Counted from the first letter of the stretch, positions 1 through 13,281 are shown. The stretch: 64,000 bases of DNA from the human T2T-CHM13v2.0 reference genome, Homo sapiens (GCF_009914755.1 NC_060927.1), one strand, 5' to 3'. Notes: generated by a model from the letters alone, not told the origin. Program-made: numbers and translations.

Positions 1-1440
1 TTTCCTATAATAAAACATTGAACTACGTCCAACTCAGAGAAATATGCTGAATTCATAAACAGAAAATTAAATGCCCTAATGTAGAATGAATATAGATGTT
101 ATGGCCACTGGAATTGTTCTTAAACTTGAGCTGCTATTACTTATGCAAAATGTCTATGGAAGATGAATGGCCCATTGTTGAACCCATTGAACAAAAAGCT
201 TTGATTTCTAGCAGTGATTTTAATCAAGACTCATTATATGACTTAGAATAAGATACTTAAAAATTCCATGCTTCTGTTTTATCATGTGAACAAGAAAGAA
301 AAATATACTTTCTCTCTGCCCTTGAACTCTTAAATTATAAAGAATATTAATGCTGAAGGACCCCACTAATATGAACGCAAAAACTTTGTAATTAACAAAA
401 ATCATTTAAATCCACACACCAGTTAGATAAATTAATCCTAAAATAAATTGGGTGCGTATATACTTAAAAATTCTTAAATGCTGTATATACCAAAGTATAT
501 GTTCCATCTTAACTAATGAAACTCTTTCCACTCTGCTGGGCTTATTTTTAGAAATAGAGAAAGGTCCCATCTTGACTGTGAAGAGAAAGCATAGATGTCA
601 GATATGAAAGTCAGGAGGCTTTATTTAACAATTACAAGTTGAAAGCTATTCTGGCCATGAAGTCTTGAGATACTATAAAGACATCTTGATTTATCTTCAA
701 CAGGAGCCTTATATAGGGAGACAGATAATTCATTATTTGTAGCTGTTTTTCATTCTTACACTTTGATGGCAGGGAATATTTATGTCTTGCTCAGTGCTAA
801 AATTTGTGTAGCTTTCACAGTCTCTTGCACATATTAATGCTCAATAGATATCTGAGGAAGAAACAATATTAAACAAAATATCCACTCACTTATTCATAAA
901 TGATTTTTTATAGAAATAGTAACTATCTTGGGTTTAAGGATACAAAGATGAATCAGATGCACATAAGGAGGTCTGTCAGAGAATAAAGACAAACAAAAAG
1001 ATATAATTTTAATAAAATATTAACTTAATAGGACATGAACATTGATATAGGTGGTGTTTTTTAATGAGGCCATTTTTGAGGGATGCATTCCTCAACAATA
1101 GCATAAAGACTGAAAGCATTTTGGAATTCATTTGCAAATATTATGTTATTGTGAATTCTATTACGAAAGATTTTATTATTTCATTCTTAGAGCAAAATGG
1201 TTGTCTGAGGCTTTATTGTTAACATTTTGAATACAATTTATTGACTTAAACATTTAAAAAATACATCATCTACCTTCTAAAAAATATATATGTCACCAAT
1301 ATAAGAAATATTTAGAAGTGATTATCCAGGATCAGTTGAAAAGAACTAGGGTAGCCAAACGCCTCACTCACTCTGCTCCTGCATCCAAAGGTCAGACTCA
1401 AAAATACAGACCAATAAGAGTTTAACTTTTATGTCAATCT

Positions 1441-1560
1441 TTCATTCATCCTTACATTTATTCATTTGATAAATGTTTATTAAGTGCTTACTATATGCTG
1501 GTAAGGTGCTGGACATTGGGCAGGAAGTGATAAATAAAACTGATTCTTCCTGGCAGAAAT
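1441..1560 (-). mobile_element. L2 LINE 3' end fragment
   Basis: ttcattcatc...ttcatttgataaatgtttattaagtgcttactatatgctgg matches the reverse complement of the L2 3' terminus. Confidence 0.7.
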
Positions 1561-2331
1561 ATGGCAGGCACACAGGCCTGAGACTGGAGTACGGCTTCCT
1601 ACTTCTTCCTCCGCAAACTAAAGACAGCGAGCCCCAGGGTGCTAATCCAACTGAGCTGCCACTCCAACTACAATTAGCGAAGCTGAACAAGAAAGGAGAG
1701 ATGGAAAACCTGCCCCTAAATGAGGTATCCTAACCTCATGTGTTTTCCAGTGAAGCGAATTACAAAGGCGAGTTCAGAAAGAAAAATGAACCGGGGAACC
1801 TGAATCTTGCCTTGAGGCATAGAACTGACCCAGATTAGTAAAATATGGCACAGAAATTACAGACAATGCACAATAGAATGAATACTTGAGGAATCAAAAA
1901 GCAAAAAGTATAAAACATTATCATATAATGAATATCACGTAATAGAAGCATCATAAAATGAAGCATATAATGAGTATGATATTTGAGAGTAGAAAAGTAA
2001 CATCTGTCCTTGTTTAAAACAAATCGTAGATTACATATTAGTGGCAAGGTAAATAAATACTAGAGAAGTCTTGAGTGAGAAATCTATTCAAGATGGCATA
2101 ATTAAGACTTCAGAGAAATGTTAGTTTCTGAGCCAGGCAGAGAAGGGCAAGTTATTTCATTCAGTATTTAACAAATATTTGCCAAGAATTGACTCCCTGC
2201 CAGTAATGAGACTGGTGGCCTTACTTCTAAAATGGAAGGTTGAGCTGAATGATCCTTTTTAGTTTGAGCCACCCACTACATAATCTAATGCTGCGGGAAA
2301 TTTTGGTAGGTGGGAGGAACAGGAGAAAGGG

Positions 2332-2800
2332 GTGGTAGGCAGAATCATGGCCCGCAAAGGTTTCCATGTGCTAATTTCTCAAACCCATGAGTATATTATC
2401 ATACATGGCAAAAGGAACTTTGCAGGTGTGATTACATTAAGAACCTTGAGATAAGATTATCATGGATTATCATAGTGGACCTAATCTAATTGTATAGGTC
2501 TTTAAAATTGGAGATCATTTTCTAGTGTGGTAAGAGACAGGGAGATATGACTACGGAAGAATGGTCAGCAAGCTGTAACATTGAAGGCTTTGACGATGAC
2601 AGAATGGAACCACAAACTAGGAATTATAGGTGGCCCTTAGAAGCTGAAAAAGGAGCACAGCTCTAAATACACGTTGATTTTAGCCCAGTGAAACCTGTGT
2701 TAGACTTCTAGCCTACAAAAATGGAAGATAATAAATTTGTGTTATCCTAAGACACTAAATTTGTGGCACATTGTTATATAAGCAACAAGAAACTAATGTA
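2332..2800 (+). mobile_element. MLT1D-like MaLR solo LTR
   Basis: Starts gtggtaggcagaatcatggccc, has catggcaaaaggaactttgcaggtgtgatta, ends aaatttgtgttatcctaagacactaaatttgtggcacattgttatataagcaacaagaaactaatgta. Confidence 0.85.
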
Positions 2801-4189
2801 AAAGTGTTCATATAAAGATAGTATGGTTCATGATGCAGAGGGAGAAAAGCATGGAACAATGTGATGAATAGAAGTTAAGGAATCAGTAAGAAATTTGACT
2901 GAGATGTAGGGTGTGTGTAGAAGAATAACAGAAGATGAATTAGTATAAATAGGTTGAGTTAGGTTATTTAGGTTAAGGCCTTGAAATACATGCAATTTTT
3001 TATGACAAAAAATGATATGAAGTTATCATATGTTATTGAGCAGTATATAATTTGTCTTCAAATATTAGGCAAAGCATTTAAGACTATTGTTCTTTGTTTT
3101 TTGAGCAGTCATTAAAACATAATTCACAAAAGTCAAATATAAGGCCTTATAAAATGAATAATAATATAGACTGCTTACTTAAAGAATTAATTCTGATAAT
3201 TTCACAAGATCTTATGTCTTCTTTATAATTTTCAAAATAAGATTAACTCTGGGGAACTATCATTATTTAGATAAAATTATGACCATATGCATACATAACC
3301 TATGATTATTTGAATAGCAACAATAACAATGAAACAGAAGCCTGTTAGTTAATAGTCTTCAGTTCATGCAGCAAGTGTATGGTATCTTATAGAAATTTTC
3401 ATTAAATTATAAAACAAAAACTTACCTTCTAGGGACTAACCTTAGAAGCTAAGATACCCCTTGCAGAAAATTTAATTCGGAACAAGTTGTGCTGCTACTA
3501 CCATGGAAATATGAATGAGTAGATAAAGCAAGTCTTTTAGGAGAAAGATAGGTTTATTAGGATTATCAGGCTCTAAATGGAGAGTTAATAAAATCCTCAA
3601 ATCCTGCTGCTCTATTAATGAAAAAGACTCACTTGCAAAATCTCAGTGGGAAGTTGTAATCTTTGCCATGTCTTAAGTAGCTAACTAGTCCAACTTTGCA
3701 ACTGAGTATATTTAAATGGGCTTTTCTTAAGAAGGAAAAAAGAAGAACACAGGGAAAAAAAGGATATGTGGGAGAGCAGGAGAGAATGAAGAAGCAAACA
3801 GAAGGATTTCCAAGGAAGCTAATATTTATGAAAGTGTAAATTAGCTTAAAAATCTGATTTATTAAGTGAGCTCTTTTTGAGTGTTTGGTTACTTTTGGCC
3901 ATGAGAAAAATGGGATGGGGGAACTGTCTTTCCTTGCTTTTGAAAGAGGGGCAATCTGCTATGTCTTTTTTTTTTTTTTGCCATTCTTTTGGCAGCTTGT
4001 AGATATCATACATCATAACATTCCACATAGGTACAAAATGGGTTAAATGGAAATTTGGCAAGCTACATCACATTCATAACCCAGTAACTGACTGCTTGGA
4101 AGACATTTATTTGAAAATTTATTGTAACTTTGGCTTTTAAATAAAATCTAAACAATGTTATTTGATTTTATGTTCACCAAAACAATGAA

Positions 4190-4900
4190 CATTTAGAAAA
4201 TTCTGGCAGCACCATGTGCTTGTGAGAATATAGAATAAAGGGAACCCTTATATGTTGGTAGTGGTTGTATAAATTGATGCAAGTTTTGAGAGCAATTTGG
4301 CAATATCTACTTAAATTGACCAGGATCCAGCATTCTGATTCTAAGTGCTTCAGGATTTACTTCAGAAAAACTCTTGCATATGTGCACAAGAAAATATGCA
4401 GAACTATTCAATATTACATTGTTGTTTATGGTAAAAACCTAGAAACAACCTAAATGTCTATTACTAAAATTGGATATGTTTATATACAGCAGTCACAATG
4501 AATAAAGAAAATCAATACAAAAATGTTGAGAGAAAAAGGCAATCTCTTAAGAATTTATACAATATGTTACCTGTTATTTCAAATTTGGAAACATAATATA
4601 TGCTATGTGTAGACACACACATATATATTTGCACGTAAAGAGTATACCATATATTTGTACATAAAGAGTATAAAAACAAGGATGGGAAGTGTGCAGTTCA
4701 ACTTCAGAACAGTGATTATATCCAGAATGTAAGGGGGATGATTGCACGGAATAGAATCAATTAGGTTGCTCAAAAAGGACTTTGATCAAACCTTCATTTT
4801 TTGATGTCTTCTCACAATTATCTAAAGAAAATATATTAAAATGTTTATTAAATCTGAGTGGTGGGTACAAGGTGTTTGTGAGATTGCTTCTGCATATTTT
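4190..4900 (+). mobile_element. Old L1M (L1ME/L1MC-type) ORF2-end/3' UTR fragment
   Basis: ggaacccttatatgttggtagtggttgtataaattg...gagagcaatttggcaatatct...gaaacaacctaaatgtc are degenerate L1 3' region motifs. Confidence 0.7.
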
Positions 4901-5524
4901 CAAATTCAAACCAATTTAAAATTAAAGGGCCATCTTTAATTATTTAACCCTATGTCCTAATGATCTCATGCATAATCTATAGTGGTTTTAATTTGGCTTA
5001 TTTTTTGTGGTTCTGTCAATCCTAGTTCAGTCTCAGAATCATATTTTTCACTTCAGACAATTTACCTATATTCTTACCTAGATTGTATGCTTATAGCACA
5101 GGAAGGCTTTCCAAGGCCATCATTTTGGTGATCCATTTGCAAAACTATTTCTCAAGTATTTAAAAATACCTATAAAACTAGGCTCTGCAATATTTTTATT
5201 AGGTTTTTTGTTCAAGATTAAATTAAATGCCCCCAAATATGATTCATTAAATACAAATTCTAGAAAAGTAAGGTCACCATTGAAAAATGTAACTTTATTC
5301 TAGACTGGCTAATTTGATTTATGGAGATAAATATGTTCCATTTCTGAGAAAAAGACCAGCTTGTCATTAGAGAATATCTTACTCATTGATACCAAGGGAT
5401 TGTAATGGGGCAGCTTTGTTCTTTTATTTTCATCCTTGGTAGAGCAGCCTTGACCCCTTAGCTTGCTTCATTACCATCTTTCACAATAAATCATCAGCCC
5501 ATCACAGACAGCCATTTAGAAAGC

Positions 5525-5710
5525 AATAATAGCAATAGTTAACATTTAAAGAGCTTTTATTATTTGCAGCACTGTGATCAGCACTTTACATGCATTATCT
5601 TGTATGATTTTAGCAACCTATGATAAAGAAGCTGTTATTTACTTTTTCTAGGTTAAGGAGCTCAGGCTTAGAGGGATCAATGAAATTTCAAAGAATATAA
5701 GAACTGTAGG
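5525..5710 (-). mobile_element. MIR SINE
   Basis: aatagttaacattt...gcactttacatgcattatct...aaggagctcaggcttagaggg matches the MIR core in reverse. Confidence 0.7.
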
Positions 5711-6737
5711 CAAATGATAGCATAATTCTAAATTGTTTTAAACGAAATTATTTCATTTGGAGTTTCGTTAATGTCCTAGTGAAAGAAGTCAATGCTTTGG
5801 CAAAGAAATCTGGAAATTGATACTTGCTGGTGAAAAGGGAGGGCTGCTGGGTATGACACAAGGGCTGAGACATACATGAAGTCTTCTAGCAGATGGAAGT
5901 AGATTCAATTCTTTTCTGATAATAGGGGGAGACAAGTTCCACATACTTGGTATATTTCTTTTCTTGGTTTGCATATAACTTGAGGGTCTCTTTGGAAGAA
6001 ATGAATGTTTAAGTAGCTAGAAACAAGCAACAGCAATATCAGAAAAAAAAAAAGTTGAAGGAGGGATGGTTTAGAATGTGCACACCATGTGTAACAGATA
6101 GTTTTGGGGAAGAAGCCCATAGACAATTGTCCAGGAAAGGTGTGGGGCTGCTAGTAGACAGAGTCAACACAGAAACACAGTGAAATGTTGGGAAAGTCAG
6201 ATAACTTAACACCAATGGAAATGCTGCAAAATTTTCCTGTGCCAACCCCGCAAAATAAAAGGATTTCAGATTAAAAGTGAATACATTTCAGAGACTGCGG
6301 TAATAAGAAAATCCTCAATATTCACAAGCAGCTTATATGGTTAATACAATATATATGTTACATGTTAGATCAGTGCTGTCCAAGAAAACTCTTCCTCTAG
6401 CCCAGGCCCAATTGGAATAAGTTTACATGAAAATAGTACTTTTTAATTTAAACTTTAATCTGTTTAACACCTCAGTCCTTCAACCTTCCCTCTTTAAGCC
6501 TCAGTCTTTCCTTTTCCTCTCCATTTACTCTTTGTTTCTCTCTTTCTAGAAACACGACTTTATAACCTATTATTATCCATACAACTCCATCATTCTGAGT
6601 TGTACTTCCTCTTGTGCTGTGTTAATACTTATTTGCCCCTAATTCTTAAGTTGATGTCTTTTTCTCTTCGAACTTTTGTTCTATTTCTTCCTTTGTCCAA
6701 ACATCACCGCTCTCTGCCTTCATTTATTCCTTTAGAT

Positions 6738-7225
6738 TGAAAAAAATTCTTTGTGTGACTAAAGTTTCTTAAAGCTTCTGAACCTTCTACCAGTCTATCT
6801 GTTTACTTCTTTCTAAAATCCAGTTTTAGCAAGAACCTTGCTAAGTCAGTTTAATAAGAACCCCCTGTTCCTGATATTTGGATCACCCTCAATATCTGAT
6901 CAGGCTCTTCATCCTCCACCATTCTTTAGGTGACGTTTGATTGACCTAACCTACTTTCAACAAGAGTCCTGCTAGGTTGGTTTAGCTAGAATCCACCTTT
7001 ACCTTGATGTTTCCTCTTAGTAATTTTCCATCCATGACCCCCACCCAGTTCTTTCACTATAAATTCCACTTGCCCATGCTGTATTTGGAGTCGAGTCCAA
7101 TCTCTTTCCCGCAATGCAAAATCTCATTGCAGTGGTCTCTATACCTATCACCATGTTCCCCCAACTCTTTGAATAAAGTTGGTCTTATCATCTTTAATAT
7201 GTCCTGAATAATTTTTTCTTTAACA
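6738..7225 (+). mobile_element. ERV1 MER31-like solo LTR
   Basis: tgatgtttcctcttagtaattttccatcc, ctataaattcc (TATA-like), gaataaagt polyA signal, terminal gaataattttttctttaaca. Confidence 0.7.
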
Positions 7226-7677
7226 GGATCTATGCTTTGCCCTTCACCCTGCTACTTATTCAGGGAGACTGATCTGTGTATCAAGAGGTTCTTTTAACCT
7301 CCGGTGAGCTTAGGCAGGATGTTTGCTACAGGAGATCAGAGGAAGGGGAAAAAGGTCATTGAGTTCATTCCCCTGCCTCCTTCCCTGTAGGATCACCTCA
7401 TGTTAACTCTGCGTCTTGATCAAAAGTCAGAAAGCTTGTCAAAGTAGAGTTCTCTACAGAGCCCTCTCTTTGGCTTTCAGAAACCCTATTATCTTCTTTG
7501 GGTTAGGCCTAGGAATAATAATAGCTTAGTGATTTCTAGCCCTGGACTCTAGCAATATCTCTTGTGATTTCTTTATACCCTGCCCTACCTTGATAAGTAG
7601 TGCATTTATTAAACTCTCTTCCAATTATTTCAATTTGAGCATGTCGTATATTTCCTGTTGGAACCCTGACCAAAACA
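7226..7677 (+). mobile_element. ERVL LTR33/LTR16-like LTR fragment
   Basis: Ends attaaactctcttccaattatttcaatttgagcatgtc...tttcctgttggaaccctgaccaaaaca, typical of this LTR group's 3' end. Confidence 0.65.
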
Positions 7678-7799
7678 ACCATTTTAAGGCACTTTTCCTT
7701 TATTTCACTTTTCCCTGATTTGTCCTAGGCCCCCACTTGCCTATTACGTGATTAGCACTCTGTTTCATTCTTTATTCCATTAGGGAGCTTGCAGAACAA

Positions 7800-7980
7800 A
7801 AATATTTTAGGATGAAAAGTCTAAGCATTCTAGTATCAACTTTGCCATGTACTAGCCTTGTGATTCTAAGTAAATCATTCATTTCCTCAGAACCTAAGTT
7901 TTTTTCATCTAAAAAAAAATGAGTGGAGCTATATTAGATAATCACTAAGATTATCTTCTGGTTTTAAGACTCTATAATTT
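7800..7980 (+). mobile_element. MIR (MIR3/MIRc-like)
   Basis: tgtgattctaagtaaatcattcatttcctcagaacctaagtttttttcatctaaaa...gactctataatt. Confidence 0.6.
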
Positions 7981-8346
7981 CATAAAATAAAAAATATATA
8001 ATCTTTTAACTAACCTCATTGGTCAACTCTAGCCTATGCTTTTGTATTATATATAAACAATTCAAATAGAAGAAAATAAACCTGAATGATTTCAAGATAT
8101 AAAAATGCTAATTTTATATTAAAAACCAAAATAAATGGCTATCATGATTATGTTGCTTTGAAATTGAAATTGAAACAATAAAATTTTATCCAAAACTAGA
8201 AGCAAAATAAGAAAGTTAAGGGCAGGTAGTTACTTTCTTAATGCATAATGGTTATATGTACTTTGAACCTTTAGAATTCAATGAGTACAATTCAGTTATA
8301 TTTTTAGGCATGGGCTACGGGAAGCGCAGTTGCTTTAAATGTTATC

Positions 8347-8384
8347 TATAAAAGCCTTAGCTGGCAGTTGAGCTTTTTCATTTC
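8347..8384 (+). promoter_or_regulatory. Candidate TATA box plus initiator
   Basis: TATAAAAG at 8347-8354 and YYANWYY match TCATTTC at 8378-8384 in unique sequence; motif evidence only. Confidence 0.2.
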
Positions 8385-9611
8385 GTTTTTCTCTTATCTC
8401 TCTAGAAGTGAGGAGATAATTTTTAGAAATAAATAACATTCTAAAGCGGGGGAAGAAACACTCAACATTCAATGATCAGATCTTAGGGAATGCTTTGTTC
8501 CTATTTCAGCTAAAGGGTATAACACTGATTGAATGATTTTAAGTTGGGATTTTTGGCGACTGTTACATTGGACTTCATATTAAAATACCACAACATGATA
8601 CTAGTGTTTCCAAATAAAATTGTGTATCTTTCTTTGGCTAGAAGGTGTTTTCTTTCAATGAAATGAAGCAAATGCACCTGTGTAGTTAAAATTCTTTATT
8701 TTTGTTGGTCTCTGGAAAGAAAAAAAATGTACGTAGTATTCAATATTTAAATTCCATTCTTGCGGCAGACCGATGTAGCCATACAATTGGCCACAGAATC
8801 CAGATTCTGCCATGGAATTTGCCCTGTGGATATCACGGTGTAGCCCCACTCTCATGTGGCCGACACGGAGGTGAGGGGGAGTATTCCATTTGCTTTGCTT
8901 TGGCTCTGGCTTAGGAAAATTGCCCAGGCAATTGCTTTTTGTAGCATGTAATGCTGTTAGTTCCTATCACACTGCTAACAGCCTCCCACCCTCAAGTAGA
9001 CCACAAAGCAGAGAGAAGAAAGAAAACTTCTTCTTCTACTAACCATATTGGCTCAGTATCAATAGAAAACAGGAGCTTTTCAATCCTACCTCCTCAGACT
9101 CTTTGCGGATTTGGGGGCGCCAGAGTGGAATTACTTACTCTATCATGTACCAGGTATTACCTGGCATTGTGCAAATATTCTTTTCCTAATATATGTTTTA
9201 GAAAGAAATAAAATCTTCAGAAAAGTCCAAAAAAAAAAAAAAAAAAAAAGGAGAGGGAGGGTCTGAATGCATATTCATGCATATCTTGTAACATTTAGTA
9301 TGTTAAATGTGTGAATATGTTTTTATGTTTTTATGGATTGATACAAAACAATATTATGCTAGTAGATTCAAGCTAGCAAAATGAGGAGTGGACATCAAAA
9401 TGTCAGCTTCTTGGCGGCATATGTAGCGCTGAAAATAACCTCTTTTCACTTTTGGAATCATAGTCACTGCATCTAATGGAGGTCAGTGTGTCATGCCTAC
9501 CCTCCAGGCAAGTGGTGACAGGTGGCCATATAGGCTGAGAACACACATTTTACTTTTTTAAATGGCTTAGAGCTTCTTTCACAAGCAAAGCTTTATTTAC
9601 TGTAAAGGTGA

Positions 9612-9985
<374 letters not shown>

Positions 9986-12405
9986 TAATAAATTAATTTT
10001 AAAATATACAATAAAGCAGTATATTCAGTTGAACAGAAATAAATTAATTCACCAGTACTTAATTCACTTATTAAGGGCAAATTGCCCAGAGAAAAGAAAT
10101 AGAAGTAAGACAGGAAGAAATGCTCAGTGTTCAATGTCATGTCTACTTAGGCAGTTTTCATAAAGGTGACAGAGTAAAGGAGATGAAGGCAATAGAGGCA
10201 ATAAATGAGGTTTGTTTATTTTTATTGTTACCGCAAGTCTGACAACCCTCATTTAGTTTCTAATGGTTTGTTTTCCTGAACTCAAAAATGAAGTTCAGTC
10301 TCCTTGTCTATTAGACTAGCTGTTTTGTTGATAGACTTTTTGTTATGGAGATAATATTTATCTCTCAATACTTTGTGGGGTGGAACCAAAAAGGAGAGTA
10401 GAGATGTTTCTATTAAAGTAGCTGATTAACCTTAGTATAATAAAAAAGAAAACTTGAAGTAGGCTTGACAATTCAGAATAAAGCCAGTGCCTGACCAGGC
10501 TCTCAAAACTGTTACTAACAGAAAGTAAAGCATTCCATTTACTTTATTAACATAAAGTACTCTATTAACTGTCCCATATAGCGTGGAGCAGTATAAATTC
10601 CCATCTTTCTAAATGTATATGTTCAAGATTGCCCATTGAAAGGGGGGCCACTGTGATCTGGGAGCTGCTTCTATGCCATACTGAAAACCTCTATTCCATT
10701 ATTAAATGGCACCACACTGTGCATCTCAAGGATTTGAGTACCTAACAAGTTAACTGGGGGATTCCCTTTTGTTTTAATGTTTTTTTTTTGGTGATTTCAT
10801 GATCCAAACCAGTTTTAACAAATACACACATTTATCATAACTTTAGACTCCTTGAAATTTAATCAAAATAAGTCAGCCACGACCACTATTGCCAACTGAG
10901 ACCATTGAAAAGGGGCCCAGGAATAGTGTAATTAGTTGCTATTACGTGGCTGCAAGCCTGCAATTTTCCTACTGACTCTGACCCACAGCATTGCTTAAGT
11001 AAGTATTTGCACGAAAACTAGTGATAATTGATCCCCTTCGGTGTCAAGTGTCTTCATAATTTTAAAAATTAAAGATGCAGAGTGTCTCAAGTGGTTTGTG
11101 TAGGCAATTTGATTCCAATTTTATTATCACAATGGGTCTATAATATGCATGAAGTGTCCTTTCTGATTAGCCATGCCTCAGCAGTTACTTTCTATTTCCG
11201 TTTTTGCTTCTCTTTCCCTACTTCTGTTCTGTCCTCTGTTCTGTCTTCTGTCCTATTCCAAGCTTCCTCACATTTTCTGAGAAAATGGAAGAGGCTGCTT
11301 GCAGAATTTACCTAGCTATTCAAATTAGCTGCCCAGAATCAGGATGGGCTAAGCCATGATAGCATTCCCTGTTAAACCAGCTGCCTCTGTTACATGCGAA
11401 AATGATTTCTTTCTTCAAAGTTTGGGGGGAAAATGTCTAGGTGATCAGGTACAGAAGAAAATTTTGCTGTAAATAGAATATTTTTTCTTAATTCTCTGAG
11501 AATCAAATTATAGAGAGTGAGGCAAATAGAAAAAAATAGTTTATTTAACAGAATGTATAGGGACAAAAAATATTCTTAGGACAAATTATAGCACACATGC
11601 ACAGTACTATTTGTGAGTTGGATATGATTTAAGAAGCAAGTTATTTAGTCACAAGATCATTTTGTTTATTTTGTTTTCTTCAGATTCTTTTCTATTTCTA
11701 TTTTTGCTCCGTCTCCTAGTAAAGTCAGTGATATTGTCTTTAATTTTCTATCAGGATATATATGATTTATTTTATTGGTGACTTGTAAAATGAAACAATA
11801 AAAACTCAAATTATGCTTTACTACAGGAACAGTTATGAAAGCAATGATAGTATTTAACTTCCGTAACAAATGCATCAGGGTGACATATTTTTAACTACTC
11901 TAAGGCCATTGTCTGTGCCTGAATTAGGATCATTGTGTGTTACAAGAGACCTTTCACCCAACAGTAGCTGAGAAATCCTAGCTGGACTAAATCAATACAT
12001 CAGAAAACTCTGAAGTCTTCAATAGAAAGATTCCAAATTTTGTTACAAAATGACTAAAAACATATGGGGGTTTCATTTTATTTTACAGGAAAATGTGGCT
12101 CACTGAGCTCAAAAAGAAGGCTCTGTGCATGAAATCATGAAAACTACATGGGGCGATAACTTTAATCAAATCCCAAAGCTTAGAATATCCTGAAGATGAC
12201 CCACCTCCACATATTTCCAAAATTGGGAGAGCTTTTTTTATAGAGTGATTTATTTCTATAGCTATTCATAGAAAGAGTCTGTTCCTTAAGGTATGTGACA
12301 ACCTGCATTCATGCTTGAGATCACTGGGACTCATATGTTTATAAAGATCTCTGAAACTTCTGGCTTCTTTTTCTCATTTGTTGCCGTGTGAACCACTCAT
12401 CCACT

Positions 12406-12463
12406 CCGGAAGCTCTCCTGCCACGGAAGTCTTTTAAAGCAGCTTATCTTTTGTGGTCATCTG
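12406..12463. promoter_or_regulatory. Candidate enhancer core: ETS, ETS, GATA, RUNX, E-box
   Basis: CCGGAAG 12406-12412, CGGAAGT 12424-12430, TTATCT 12444-12449, TGTGGT 12452-12457, CATCTG 12458-12463. Confidence 0.4.
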
Positions 12464-13281
12464 ATTGACAATGGTTCAACAAATCTTCAAAATGATTGTT
12501 TATAAGATTATAGACTTTGGTTATTATCTTTAAAACTTGTCTTTTCAGGTTAAATATAAATAATCTCCTAAAGTTTAGTCATCTTTTTCTTATTCTAGTT
12601 TCTATTCTCATTATTGTAACATGAAATCCAATATGAATTTAACGATTGTTAAATGGTGCCATTTGATTACTTCCTTGCTCTAATGACAAGAAATCAACTT
12701 CACAGTGAGTTCTTATCACAGTGGTGGTTTATTGTATGAATTCTGATGATAAAAACTTGATGTTGGGTATCCAAAATTACTCTTTAAAGTAAAGACTTTT
12801 GTTATATATATAGAGAGCGGAAGCAAAACAAACACCAATTGAATACAATGTTAATGTTGTCACCAAAATATAAAGTGATTTCTCATTTTAACTGCTGATT
12901 GAGTAAGAAATATTTGGTATTTAAAATTACAAATGTTTGTGTTGTAGTGTGGGATAATTAGCTTTTTACCTTTAAATTAAGTATGCACTGTAAATTTCCT
13001 TATAAATACAGTTGAATTTTATATTAGTCATTGTAAAGTGAATATGAAAATAACTTTATCTTGATTAGAATAACATTTTCTTCTTTATTAACACTAATGA
13101 GAACATCAAAGAATGTGATTAAATTAAAATGCATTTTCAAGGTATAGTTGTTTGTGGGCATAGAACAAATCTGTTTTCTTCTAATTTTGAAGCAATGGAG
13201 GCCATCTTGTTTCTTCCTAATTGAGACATTCTACAGTGTCTACAAGTGACATAAAATTTACCATAAATTTAGCTCACTCAC

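Noticed and set aside
1076-1095. 20-bp near-palindrome ttgagggatgcattcctcaa (also small hairpins near 5740 and 46622)
   Set aside because: Short and imperfect; plausible by chance in 64 kb
6371-6390. cagtgctgtccaa resembling a MER3/Charlie TIR that might pair with 13947 as a large composite element
   Set aside because: Too short, no matching 8-bp TSD, and intervening sequence is unrelated
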